Source of the DNA: a virus
Taxonomy: Duplodnaviria; Caudoviricetes
Reading direction: 5' to 3' (one strand)
IMG/VR virus record: IMGVR_UViG_3300046710_000061
Span: 1-35,740 of that record
Length of the DNA stretch: 35,740 bases
Positions 16,839 to 25,111 of the stretch are shown here, piece by piece; the first letter of the stretch is position 1; each line of letters opens with the position of its first letter. Below the pieces are notes generated by a model that had not been told where the DNA came from, made no database searches, and worked only from the letters and a program-made list of their open reading frames with translations. Both the position numbers and the translations under genes were made by a program.

Positions 16839-17051
16839 TTACCCATTCGGATGATTCAAGAACGTACCAAGTTCCATGCGTTCTCCAGGTTGCTGTTCTC
16901 TGTGTTCTCTGCATGACTCTCGTCGCGTCCTCTTTGCCTTGCCTTCAGCAATCCCCTCTGCGCGACCTCTTGCAAAAGCGTCTGCATCAACGTCAAAGAC
17001 AAGAGAAGCAATCAGGGGAAACGCTATTGCCAGTTCCTCTGCCTTAGTCAT
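16839..17051 (-). CDS. Hypothetical protein
   Basis: Start at MTKAEE after AAGGAG; GxxxGxxxG repeat. Confidence 0.6.
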   Translation of the reverse strand: MTKAEELAIAFPLIASLVFDVDADAFARGRAEGIAEGKAKRTRRESCREHREQQPGERMELGTFLNHPNG

Positions 17052-17313
17052 GGGCACTCTCCTTCGGGGCAAGAATAGATGCAGGGACGGTGTAACTTGC
17101 CTCTGTCATGACAACCATCGGATTGTCGGGATACGGCGGATGTGTGAACTTCCGCACGTCAGCAACAACGGCATCAGTGAGTGTTCCCGCATTCCGTATC
17201 GTCTCCTTTGTCCTCTCTTCAACGGCAGTAATGAGGGCAGCAATCTCAGCCAGAGATGAGCCGCGATTCCCGATTGAATCTATAAGGGCTGACGTCCGTT
17301 CCTCAACAGTCAT
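17044..17313 (-). CDS. Hypothetical protein
   Basis: 89 aa, AGGAGG SD, coupled. Confidence 0.7.
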   Translation of the reverse strand: MTVEERTSALIDSIGNRGSSLAEIAALITAVEERTKETIRNAGTLTDAVVADVRKFTHPPYPDNPMVVMTEASYTVPASILAPKESAHD

Positions 17314-17621
17314 TTGTCATCCTCCTTTACTTGGATTATCGGTAGCGTCGACGGCTTGTTCAATTCCAGTATCACGAGCATACGGTAGTATCGCCGTGCG
17401 TTGTGATACGGCTCTGCTCCGAAGACAGGGTCTCCCTCATCCTTCTCCGTCTGCAACATCTTGAAGGCATTGATTGGCACGTCCAGTGTCACTTCCTTGC
17501 CGCGAGGCATCCACGGGGCATAAAAAGTCCAGTGTCCATCCGTGAGTATCAGCTTCACACGCCAGTAGTAACTGAATGTGACTGCAACCATCTCCCGTGA
17601 AGGGGTAACACTCTTTCTCAT
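17310..17621 (-). CDS. Hypothetical protein
   Basis: 103 aa, AAGGAG SD, ATGA overlaps. Confidence 0.7.
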   Translation of the reverse strand: MRKSVTPSREMVAVTFSYYWRVKLILTDGHWTFYAPWMPRGKEVTLDVPINAFKMLQTEKDEGDPVFGAEPYHNARRYYRMLVILELNKPSTLPIIQVKEDDK

Positions 17622-17761
17622 GACTTCTCCTTATCCATGTTTAGTGCAACTCGAACGATGGTCTCAACCGCATCTTTATACTCTGGAGGAAGCCCAAAAA
17701 GAAAGCCACTATCCGTTCCATATGCTCGGTATATTCTTTCCACTATCTCTTTTGCTGTCAT
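17618..17761 (-). CDS. Hypothetical protein (47 aa)
   Basis: MTAKEIVERIY...; ATGA overlap and GGAGG SD. Confidence 0.65.
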   Translation of the reverse strand: MTAKEIVERIYRAYGTDSGFLFGLPPEYKDAVETIVRVALNMDKEKS

Positions 17762-17985
17762 GCCTTCCCCTCCAGTTCCGCTTTCGTCCTTGTGATGACC
17801 ACGACGCTTCCTCCAAGAGGGAACTCCTTGTGACATTGCTCACATCGCGCACCCATCGTATCGACCTTATAGTGCTTGCAACGAATGACCGGTCGACTGA
17901 TAACTGAATCAGGCCAGAATACATGATTGAAGTGGCAGTCATAGCAGTCTGCCATTGACGGGATGATGTACCTGTCTTCTCTCAT
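17758..17985 (-). CDS. Cys-rich hypothetical protein
   Basis: CYDC...C...CEQC; ATGA-coupled start 17985. Confidence 0.65.
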   Translation of the reverse strand: MREDRYIIPSMADCYDCHFNHVFWPDSVISRPVIRCKHYKVDTMGARCEQCHKEFPLGGSVVVITRTKAELEGKA

Positions 17986-18143
17986 CCGTACCACCTCGTC
18001 TGTGACTCCAACAGTTCGGTAACGCGCTTATCATTGATGTATTCTACCAATAGGCGGTCTATCATGATGTGCGCTGCCTCAGGTTCATGCCCATAGTTAG
18101 AAATAACCTCCATCAACTTGCCTATCAGTTGCTCGATAGTCAT
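17982..18143 (-). CDS. Small helical phage protein (E.AH..D...WY family), 53 aa
   Basis: Not in ORF track. MTIEQLIGKLMEVISNYGHEPEAAHIMIDRLLVEYINDKRVTELLESQTRWYG*; GAGGAG SD; fills the gap exactly. Confidence 0.75.
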   Translation of the reverse strand: MTIEQLIGKLMEVISNYGHEPEAAHIMIDRLLVEYINDKRVTELLESQTRWYG

Positions 18144-18481
18144 TAGAACAACTCCTCATCCTTGTGTGCGTTGCCTGTACGCGTCATCTTGTTCTCCGCA
18201 AGGAACATCTGCGGCCCGTTCCCGATGTCGTCCTTGATGACCCACTCCTCCGGCTTACTGACAAGAGTGTACCCATCCCAGTGGTGAATCACGATGGATT
18301 CTACGCCCGCCTTTCTTATCATTGCCAGTGCGTCATCCTGCAACCCGAAGCCATGATACTTCCAACAGAAGTGTTGCTTCTTGACATCATGATGGAACTC
18401 CTGCTTCACGATGATACCCACGAAGACCATCTTCTTCTTCAACCTGTCCCACACACAGACCTGACGGCTCATATCGGTCAT
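18143..18481 (-). CDS. Hypothetical phage protein
   Basis: 112 aa, coupled; KQHFCWKYHGFGL...GPQMFL. Confidence 0.7.
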   Translation of the reverse strand: MTDMSRQVCVWDRLKKKMVFVGIIVKQEFHHDVKKQHFCWKYHGFGLQDDALAMIRKAGVESIVIHHWDGYTLVSKPEEWVIKDDIGNGPQMFLAENKMTRTGNAHKDEELF

Positions 18482-18645
18482 GTGCGTATCTCCAGAATCT
18501 CACTTGCCACCACACGGTCACTGTCCGTATAGTAGATGGTCTCAGAGAACGTTTTTGGCTCCCTGATGTAACGGACGATGCCCATCTTCAGTCCATAGTC
18601 ACTTGAATACAGAATCCAGTCTCCTACCTTCGGCACATAGTCCAC
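18478..18645 (-). CDS. Small SH3/KOW-like protein
   Basis: Start GTG 18645 after GAGGAGG; PKVGDWILY..G.V pattern. Confidence 0.6.
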   Translation of the reverse strand: MDYVPKVGDWILYSSDYGLKMGIVRYIREPKTFSETIYYTDSDRVVASEILEIRT

Positions 18646-18646
18646 G

Positions 18647-18799
18647 TCAGACCTCCTCATCATCGTCTTCTTCAGACGTATCCTGACAAATCTCACCGCT
18701 CGTACAGCCGTCAATGATAAGTTTAGCGATGTGTCTCAGGTCAATATTATTTGGCTCTACATCACAGTCAAGACTCCACCAACCTGCTTGTTTAGCCAC
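18647..18799 (-). CDS. Small acidic-tailed hypothetical protein (50 aa)
   Basis: Not in ORF track. MAKQAGWWSLDCDVEPNNIDLRHIAKLIIDGCTSGEICQDTSEEDDDEEV*; AAGGAG SD. Confidence 0.7.
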   Translation of the reverse strand: MAKQAGWWSLDCDVEPNNIDLRHIAKLIIDGCTSGEICQDTSEEDDDEEV

Positions 18800-18800
18800 G

Positions 18801-19049
18801 TCACATCTCCTTTCCCTGCCTCATGACCCCTTCTCTGATTCCATTCTCATAGACATGGTTCTGCTCAATACGGACTTCATCATTCTCCTTCTCGACTGCC
18901 GTTTCATTGTCGACCATGCCCTTGATGTGTCCGCGCTTGAACGCTGTCCGCCAGACTCCGTTCAAGACGCTTCGTGTCTGTTCAAAGCCATCACAGTAGG
19001 TCAGAGCAACCCTCGCGCTCTCAATGATGGCTTGCATCCCCTTCTTCAC
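18801..19049 (-). CDS. Hypothetical protein
   Basis: Likely start GTG 19049 after GGAGG. Confidence 0.6.
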   Translation of the reverse strand: MKKGMQAIIESARVALTYCDGFEQTRSVLNGVWRTAFKRGHIKGMVDNETAVEKENDEVRIEQNHVYENGIREGVMRQGKEM

Positions 19050-19050
19050 T

Positions 19051-19392
19051 TCACAGCCTCCACTCGATATGACAGGGAACCTCGTCCTTGCCACAGGCTC
19101 TGATGCAGCATGACTCGCTGTTCCACCAAGTCCCTTGAGTGATTTCAGAGGTCACGACGTTGAAACATCTCCACTGGTCATGATGCTCAGGATGAAGAGG
19201 AACGAGACTCCATTGTTCTGGATGGACTTGACTCTCTCCGTCTAACGCATATGACAGAAGAATTTCGGAATCGTTGCCAAGAGTCACGACTCCCACAATG
19301 GGGAACCGCTCATTGTTCATCATACCTAGAAACCGAACCTTGCGTCCGTCCGCGATAGTCACATACTCACGACGGGTATCTACTCGAATCAC
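19051..19392 (-). CDS. Hypothetical phage protein
   Basis: DGRKVR...FPIVGVV...YALDG pattern seen in small phage proteins. Confidence 0.7.
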   Translation of the reverse strand: MIRVDTRREYVTIADGRKVRFLGMMNNERFPIVGVVTLGNDSEILLSYALDGESQVHPEQWSLVPLHPEHHDQWRCFNVVTSEITQGTWWNSESCCIRACGKDEVPCHIEWRL

Positions 19393-19559
19393 TTGACCAC
19401 TTCCTTGATGTCCTCAAAAGTGACAACGTGCGCCGTGCTCGTCTTCCCTTCCTGTGAAATCATGACTCCGTCAATTCCCACGGTCAAGACCCATCCAGTG
19501 ATGACCTGTCCTGTTCCCGACTGGACAAACCGTACCTTATCTCCAACCTTGACCTTCAT
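19389..19559 (-). CDS. Small SH3/KOW-like protein (56 aa)
   Basis: Not in ORF track. MKVKVGDKVRFVQSGTGQVITGWVLTVGIDGVMISQEGKTSTAHVVTFEDIKEVVK*; 4-nt overlaps at both ends. Confidence 0.75.
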   Translation of the reverse strand: MKVKVGDKVRFVQSGTGQVITGWVLTVGIDGVMISQEGKTSTAHVVTFEDIKEVVK

Positions 19560-19765
19560 GTCCTGTCCTTCGGATTTGCAGGGATAACATAGTACCGCTT
19601 GCCGACCACCATGTGCTTTCCCTTCACGCTGTGGATTCCTTTCGGCAACGGCTCAAACTCAACCTTCAATACCGCGACCGCGACCTCCTTGAGATACGTT
19701 TCAAGATAGCCTTCTATCTTCTCCGTAAGCAGACGATGTCTCTCCTCATAGTCCAAGGTCTTCAT
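19556..19765 (-). CDS. Hypothetical protein
   Basis: Start MKTLDYEE after GGAGG. Confidence 0.65.
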   Translation of the reverse strand: MKTLDYEERHRLLTEKIEGYLETYLKEVAVAVLKVEFEPLPKGIHSVKGKHMVVGKRYYVIPANPKDRT

Positions 19766-19979
19766 TCTGTTCCTCCCCACGCGTCTTCTCAATTTCCCCT
19801 GCCTTGACCATGTATCGTCTCGGCTTTATCTTCAGTCGAACGTAGTCAACCGGCACAGCCACAATGTAGGTCGGGGCAAACTCAACCGACTCCACCTTGC
19901 CGTCCAGATGGTCAGTCTGTTGCCATGACTTCTTGAGCCAGAACTTCACGATGTCTCCGACGTGGATTGTACGCATCAC
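19746..19979 (-). CDS. Small SH3/KOW-like protein
   Basis: IHVGDIVKF...GKVESV pattern. Confidence 0.65.
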   Translation of the reverse strand: MMRTIHVGDIVKFWLKKSWQQTDHLDGKVESVEFAPTYIVAVPVDYVRLKIKPRRYMVKAGEIEKTRGEEQNEDLGL

Positions 19980-20533
19980 TCCTTCTCCTTTTGCTCTTTC
20001 ATGGCCGCAAAGTCAGCAGGGGCATTTGCGTCTGACATGCCATCAGCCCCCACGATACGGATGAAGGTTACTGTCGTGACCCAGTACATTTTCACTTGTC
20101 CCTCGATATGGACTCCGAGTGAAAGGTGGTCTGGTTCAATCATCTTGACTACACCCATCATCTTCAGTTCATCAAGCATCTCGCCGGAGTAGAACTCGAC
20201 CGTGTCCTGTAGCACCGCGTCCGTAATCCACGGTTCAGGCGGCGGGTCTGGCTCACGCGGATGGACTTCCATGTGGATGCCAACGCAATAGTCCCCTTCG
20301 CCCGGATGGTCTTCCACGTCACAGCCGTTCGACTCGAGTCGGCCATCCTCTCCCTTCACAGCAAGAGGACAGAGGTCACAGTAATGGACATATCCTGCCT
20401 CACACTGGTCACCAATCTCGTCACAACACGGGGCAAGGTCTCCGATAATACAGCCACAGGGGACTTCCGTGTTGACGAGTCCGCCATAACCATGTTCCTT
20501 CAGATAGTCCTCAACCATCTCTCGTACATTCAC
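19976..20533 (-). CDS. Cys-rich hypothetical phage protein
   Basis: YLKEHGYGGL..CGC..DLAPC..C.AGY N-terminal domain, then a Pro linker and second domain. Confidence 0.75.
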   Translation of the reverse strand: MNVREMVEDYLKEHGYGGLVNTEVPCGCIIGDLAPCCDEIGDQCEAGYVHYCDLCPLAVKGEDGRLESNGCDVEDHPGEGDYCVGIHMEVHPREPDPPPEPWITDAVLQDTVEFYSGEMLDELKMMGVVKMIEPDHLSLGVHIEGQVKMYWVTTVTFIRIVGADGMSDANAPADFAAMKEQKEKE

Positions 20534-20733
20534 GTCATCTCCTTTTTTGTCAACTTTGCTTCATTCATCGCCTTCTTGTAGAGGTCACAACGCAGACAGC
20601 GCAACATCCCAATCTTCTCATCTTCAATATCTCGACGAGCGCACCTGTATCCCTCTTTGTATCCAACCCACAGCAGGACGAAGGGCATTAGGATGATGAA
20701 TAGGACAAATGCTATCGCGAACCATCTTCTCAC
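20530..20733 (-). CDS. Small membrane protein
   Basis: N-terminal hydrophobic helix, C-terminal CxxC. Confidence 0.65.
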   Translation of the reverse strand: MRRWFAIAFVLFIILMPFVLLWVGYKEGYRCARRDIEDEKIGMLRCLRCDLYKKAMNEAKLTKKEMT

Positions 20734-20918
20734 TTCGATGGCCTCCTTCGCAAAAGTTCAATGGATTTCTCTTGAACTTGAATCGTCGTCGGGTGTGCGG
20801 GCAGTTCTGAAATCAGACGCATCCGTTCATCTGGAGACAAGTCGGGTAGCCTAAAGGCCTCATCACCCGAGACTAACTCCGTTTCATTTCGTGGTTTGTC
20901 ATTCCCCCATTTCATCAT
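20730..20918 (-). CDS. Hypothetical protein
   Basis: Start MMKWGND after AAGGAG; the upstream extension in the ORF track overlaps the HNH gene. Confidence 0.55.
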   Translation of the reverse strand: MMKWGNDKPRNETELVSGDEAFRLPDLSPDERMRLISELPAHPTTIQVQEKSIELLRRRPSK

Positions 20919-21432
20919 TCTGCTCCTTCGACGTTGCAAGGGCAACCTCCACTTCCTGCTTGAATAGAAAGTTGTAGGCAATCGCGTTGATTTGCGCCAT
21001 GCCTTGTCCAGTAGATTGACTATGGAAAACACTATGATGCAACTTCTTCGGCATATAGATAACCAACTCGTCATCCACGTGATGCCCCTCACATCCGGCA
21101 AACGGTTCATTCAATGGGACGAATCTGAGTAGACGACGCCTGGCCTTGGTTGCTCGTGAACCACCCCTCCACTCAGCATCGGCTATATGTCTCTTGTGCT
21201 CTTCAGAGAAGGGACGGCCGAGATGTGCTGCTGATAATTTCGCTCGAGTCTCAGGTGATGGATGATGTCCGAGTCCTGCCTTATTCCCCATGTGCGCCAC
21301 GGATTGTTTTGCTCGCGTCTCAACAGATGGATGATGCCCGAGCGTATGCTTGTTACCAATCAAGGACATGGATATCCTTACCTTCGCCTCATCAGAGTGG
21401 TGATGTCCAGTAAATCCGTCATCCTTCTTCAT
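20899..21432 (-). CDS. NUMOD3-repeat HNH-type homing endonuclease
   Basis: Four G.H.S.E.(K/R) NUMOD3-like repeats, then EGHH...LH...H; start 21432 just after the dnaB stop. Confidence 0.8.
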   Translation of the reverse strand: MKKDDGFTGHHHSDEAKVRISMSLIGNKHTLGHHPSVETRAKQSVAHMGNKAGLGHHPSPETRAKLSAAHLGRPFSEEHKRHIADAEWRGGSRATKARRRLLRFVPLNEPFAGCEGHHVDDELVIYMPKKLHHSVFHSQSTGQGMAQINAIAYNFLFKQEVEVALATSKEQNDEMGE

Positions 21433-21436
21433 CTCT

Positions 21437-22798
21437 CTACTCCTTCGGCGCATCACTCCACCGCTGCGTCTTCCCGTCAAAGTACGCAATCATCTCTCCC
21501 GTTCGCCCGTTCCTGTTCTTGACCACCTTCATCTTGATTCGCTTCACGTCTTCAGACACCATGCCTCCCGTGTCCATACGCTCATCCGTATCATTTAGAC
21601 TTATCATCACGTCCGTGTCATAGCCAATACTGTCAGAGCCGCGCACGTCCGACACTTCCACGTTCCTTCCCTCCTTCACGTTGCCTCGGTTGGCGGTCAC
21701 GACAGCAATCAATGGGATATCCAGTTCCAGACAGATTCCTTTCGTCTTGTGACTCACATTGTCCAATTCCTGCGTCTGGTTCTCCGTATGTCCGTCATGG
21801 AACAGTTGTAGGTAGTCCATGCCAGCAATCTCAATCTTGTGCGCGACCTTCTCCTTCCGCAATGCCTGTGCCACATCATCAATCTGTCCAGACCGCACAG
21901 GGATGAAGTATATTGGCATGTTCGCAAGACGCTGGACGGCAGGATAGAACTTCTCCAAGTCCTCGTCACTCATTGGCACTCCCTGAAGGTGCTGCATGAT
22001 ATCTGTCAGGTTCACGCCAGACAGGGTTGCCAGCATCCGTTGTGTCAGGGATTCAGGAGACATCTCTGCCGTCACATAGGCAAACGGGATTCCCGCAGAC
22101 GCGCTTTGCAGGGCAATCCATGACAGGAAGGAGGTCTTTCCCACGCTCATACGGGCAATCACGGTATACATCGAAGACGGGTGCAGTCCGTACAGGAGTT
22201 CGTCCAGACCATAGAGTCCCGTCCGTACCATCCTCCGCTTCTGTTTCTTCTCCGTCGTCATCATGTGGGTCACGATACTTTCCACGGAGATGCTTTCTCC
22301 TGTTCCAGTGTGGACAAGCCACTCAGACACCATGCCAATCATCGTGTCCAGCATCCCCGACTTGTTCCCCGTCTCATACAGGTCGCGTCCCATGATTTGA
22401 CATGACCGCTGTTCATACATCATGTGGAGTTCGTCCTTGTAGAAGACGGCATTGTCCAAGTCCGCAGGTGCATACTCTGCCAGTTCCTCGACATACATCG
22501 ACATCGGCTTGTCCCCAACCGCGTCATTCAGATGATTCATCTCCTTTAGCCATGAGTTCACGGTCATGGGTGAGATGATGCTTCCCTTGCCAACCAGAGC
22601 CTCTATCGCCTGTGCAATGTTCCAGTGGTCAAACAGATAGAACTCTTTTGAGGGGAGCGGTGCCATGAAGTAAATCTTGCCCGATTCGTCTGACATCCAT
22701 GCTCCGAGCAGGGAGTGTTCATAGTCAAAGTCATGTCTGAATCGGAGTATGGCATATTTCTTCTCGTCATAGGCAGGATTTATCGCCTTAGAAGTCAA
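21437..22798 (-). CDS. dnaB: Replicative DNA helicase, DnaB family
   Basis: ARMSVGKT (Walker A), AEMS, DYLQL, DVRGSDSI..D.D, KNRNG. Confidence 0.95.
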   Translation of the reverse strand: MTSKAINPAYDEKKYAILRFRHDFDYEHSLLGAWMSDESGKIYFMAPLPSKEFYLFDHWNIAQAIEALVGKGSIISPMTVNSWLKEMNHLNDAVGDKPMSMYVEELAEYAPADLDNAVFYKDELHMMYEQRSCQIMGRDLYETGNKSGMLDTMIGMVSEWLVHTGTGESISVESIVTHMMTTEKKQKRRMVRTGLYGLDELLYGLHPSSMYTVIARMSVGKTSFLSWIALQSASAGIPFAYVTAEMSPESLTQRMLATLSGVNLTDIMQHLQGVPMSDEDLEKFYPAVQRLANMPIYFIPVRSGQIDDVAQALRKEKVAHKIEIAGMDYLQLFHDGHTENQTQELDNVSHKTKGICLELDIPLIAVVTANRGNVKEGRNVEVSDVRGSDSIGYDTDVMISLNDTDERMDTGGMVSEDVKRIKMKVVKNRNGRTGEMIAYFDGKTQRWSDAPKE

Positions 22799-23732
22799 AC
22801 TTCGCCTTCAGCGCGTCAAGCGCAATCTGCGTTTCCTCCAGCATCTTCTCCTTGTCCTTCCGCTTTTCAATCCCTGATTTCAAGTCAGATGGCTCGACCT
22901 TGAACGCGTCCATCTCAGACGGTGGCACGAAACTTTCCATGTGAAACGGGTCAGACACCACATCCTTTCTCTCCTTCCACGTCGTGGCCTCTTCAAGATA
23001 GGTCGCATAGTGGACAAGGGCGAACAGCGTCTGATTGTTCAGATAGTCTCGCATCTTCGCGTCATGTCCCCATCGGTCAACCTTGTAGTCCACGATGAGA
23101 TTCAGGTCTGCCGCGGTTGCCCCGCCGCGCAATCGAGCCAAGATGTTTATCACGGCTTCGGGCATCATGTGGTACTTGTGATGCGCCTTCTCATTCAGGT
23201 GGGCGAGGACAACATAGGCTTCCGTCAAATCGGAATCACTTTCTTTCCCTATACCTTTCTTTCTCTTTGTCTTTTCTGTAGTACGTTCTTTCTCTAGTAC
23301 AAAAGAATCTTCTAAAGATATGGAAGGAATTGCATCCTGTCCATTTTGGACTACATCGGGTTTCAGCCCCTCATCTGGACTTGTTTCAAGGGGGGTCAAG
23401 CCAAGGTGTCCATTTTGGACAGGTACTTGTCCAATTTGGCTACTCACTTGTCCATTCTGGATACCTTCTGGCATCAACAGTTGATACAGATTAGTTCTCA
23501 GGGCTGTCCTTTGCCTATTTGATAACCATCGTGTCTTATTGAGGCTCTGTAGGCTTCTCCTGACCGTATGGATGGCCATTTTGGCTACGTCTGCAAGTTC
23601 ATCGACTGACATGAAGCACTGTCCTTTCTCGTCGGTGAACTCAGACATGATAATCCAGAGATACTTGTCGGTAGGAGTAAGTCGTCTGTCCGCTTGCAAT
23701 TCCTCAGGTAGTGGTGCGTGTCTGTGTGTCAC
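22788..23732 (-). CDS. Phage replication initiator (N-terminal wHTH, C-terminal Phg_2220_C-like)
   Basis: LTPTDKYLW...CFMSVDELAD HTH; HLNEK...ARLRGG...W..D.KMRDYL...TLF C-terminus; upstream of dnaB; likely start GTG 23732 after AGGAG. Confidence 0.85.
   Translation of the reverse strand: MTHRHAPLPEELQADRRLTPTDKYLWIIMSEFTDEKGQCFMSVDELADVAKMAIHTVRRSLQSLNKTRWLSNRQRTALRTNLYQLLMPEGIQNGQVSSQIGQVPVQNGHLGLTPLETSPDEGLKPDVVQNGQDAIPSISLEDSFVLEKERTTEKTKRKKGIGKESDSDLTEAYVVLAHLNEKAHHKYHMMPEAVINILARLRGGATAADLNLIVDYKVDRWGHDAKMRDYLNNQTLFALVHYATYLEEATTWKERKDVVSDPFHMESFVPPSEMDAFKVEPSDLKSGIEKRKDKEKMLEETQIALDALKAKFDF
23338..23463. repeat. Iteron-like palindromic repeats inside the initiator gene (lambda-type origin)
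   Basis: TGTCCA-N3-TGG repeats at 23338, 23407, 23428, 23449 (last three exactly 21 bp apart; 23407 is the perfect TGTCCA-TTT-TGGACA); adjacent AT-rich strand-skewed tract at about 23240-23320. Confidence 0.75.
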
Positions 23733-23745
23733 ATCATCTCCTGTC

Positions 23746-23900
23746 ACTCGTCCCGTCATCACGTCCAAAGTAGATGAGTGGCAGAGGTAGGACGAGTACC
23801 ATTGGGCCTGTAGCAAGCAGACCTTTACTGCCACTCTTTATTTGAATCAGGGGTAAGTCATGGGGCAATCGGTTCGCCTTGTACATCCCCACAGACCCCT
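23746..23900 (-). promoter_or_regulatory. Structured 5' leader of the initiator gene
   Basis: Interleaved complementary pairs GAGTGGCAG/CTGCCACTC and ACTCGTCC/GGACGAGT ending a few nt before the SD. Confidence 0.5.
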
Positions 23901-23908
23901 GTATCCCT

Positions 23909-23940
23909 ACTGTACCACTCCGCCTTTTCTTGTCAAGTCC
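23909..23940 (-). promoter_or_regulatory. Sigma70-type promoter for the replication operon
   Basis: GGACTTGACA-N16-TACAGT with TG extension. Confidence 0.7.
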
Positions 23941-23970
23941 CGCATCAATAGAGGGTCTTGGAACTTGCGG

Positions 23971-24810
23971 CTACGAGCGGTTTGTATTCCCGAACTCGGT
24001 CAACAGGGCAGAGTTGAGGCTGCGGAGCATATCGCACTCATACTTCTTTGCCTCGATTGCCTCGCGTCCCGCACTCGCCATCACTTCCCAACGGTCGGCG
24101 TCCAGTTCCCGCGTACTCATTTCCACGACAACCAGCGCGTCAATGTCACCAACGGTCAATTTCTTAGCCGCCGTCTCTGCCTTGAACTTTATTTCTCCAC
24201 GCTTCAACGCACAGTCGCGTTCATAGGCATGACGCACCATGACCGCCCTGAGTCCTGTCGTGCGATGTTCCTTGACCAGCGCGACCAGTTGAACCTGCGC
24301 TCTCATATATCCCGATTGTATCTGCGCGGGCGTCAAGTGAGCCACATCATCATCCGTCATCTCGAATGAACACAGGTTGTCAAACTCTGGCGTATCTTTG
24401 ACGATTGCCGGGTCTTCTGCAATCGCTCTAGCCGCCTCTCTTAGACGGTCTGCCTTCTTGGGTGTCCCTTTGGACGTGCTAGGGGCTACAGCCTCACCTT
24501 GCCCCTGAGACCCCCCTTCCTTGACCTCCTCCATAGGGGGCAGTCCAGCAGCCTGTAGGAACTTGTCGGGGTCGACGGGTTTGTCTGCGAAGTCGATGTC
24601 CAACAGGTCATCATCCCCAAACGGCAGCGGTTCTTTCGGCTTTACCTCAATACTCTCCAGCAGTTTGTCGAAGTCAGGCAGGGGAGCAGCCGGCAAGACC
24701 TCTCCCGTACTCTTGTTCACTTCTCCATTCCGCGCTTTCGCTTCTGCATGACGTTCAGCAAGTCGCTCCGTCATGTGATTCGCAATATCCTTCCGCTCTT
24801 CGTCATTCAT
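23971..24810 (-). CDS. Hypothetical protein with C-terminal coiled coil (possible UvsY-like recombination mediator)
   Basis: Start MNDEERKD after GGAGG; acidic/Pro-rich N-half, KLTVGDIDA...DMLRSL helical C-half. Function is weak inference. Confidence 0.6.
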   Translation of the reverse strand: MNDEERKDIANHMTERLAERHAEAKARNGEVNKSTGEVLPAAPLPDFDKLLESIEVKPKEPLPFGDDDLLDIDFADKPVDPDKFLQAAGLPPMEEVKEGGSQGQGEAVAPSTSKGTPKKADRLREAARAIAEDPAIVKDTPEFDNLCSFEMTDDDVAHLTPAQIQSGYMRAQVQLVALVKEHRTTGLRAVMVRHAYERDCALKRGEIKFKAETAAKKLTVGDIDALVVVEMSTRELDADRWEVMASAGREAIEAKKYECDMLRSLNSALLTEFGNTNRS

Positions 24811-24811
24811 G

Positions 24812-25111
24812 TCAGTCCTCCATCGTGACTGTGATGCTCTTGACAACATGGAACTTGGCATGATATCCAAGGTTGTCCTGCAATGCTTTCGCCGTAACCC
24901 CGCACAAGCCAGACTCTTGAAGCAGTTGACCATTGCGGTTCGTCCCGTGAGTCAGATTCACCAAGACAGCGGCACGGTCATCTCCGGCAGAAGCCAGCAT
25001 ATAGATGCCACCTGCCATTCCACCACGGTCATCTTCAACCTGAATCATCGTCCCGAGAGGGTATCTCGTCGGCATTGGTTCAGGGACTGTCAACACCCTG
25101 ACACTATTCAT
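24812..25111 (-). CDS. Hypothetical protein
   Basis: 99 aa, abuts neighbours, GAGG SD. Confidence 0.65.
   Translation of the reverse strand: MNSVRVLTVPEPMPTRYPLGTMIQVEDDRGGMAGGIYMLASAGDDRAAVLVNLTHGTNRNGQLLQESGLCGVTAKALQDNLGYHAKFHVVKSITVTMED

Noticed and set aside
16383-20733. GxxxG/ExG repeats in several small proteins as a FliH/Yae1-like family
   Set aside because: Short low-complexity helical pattern, common in phage ORFs; no further shared similarity seen.
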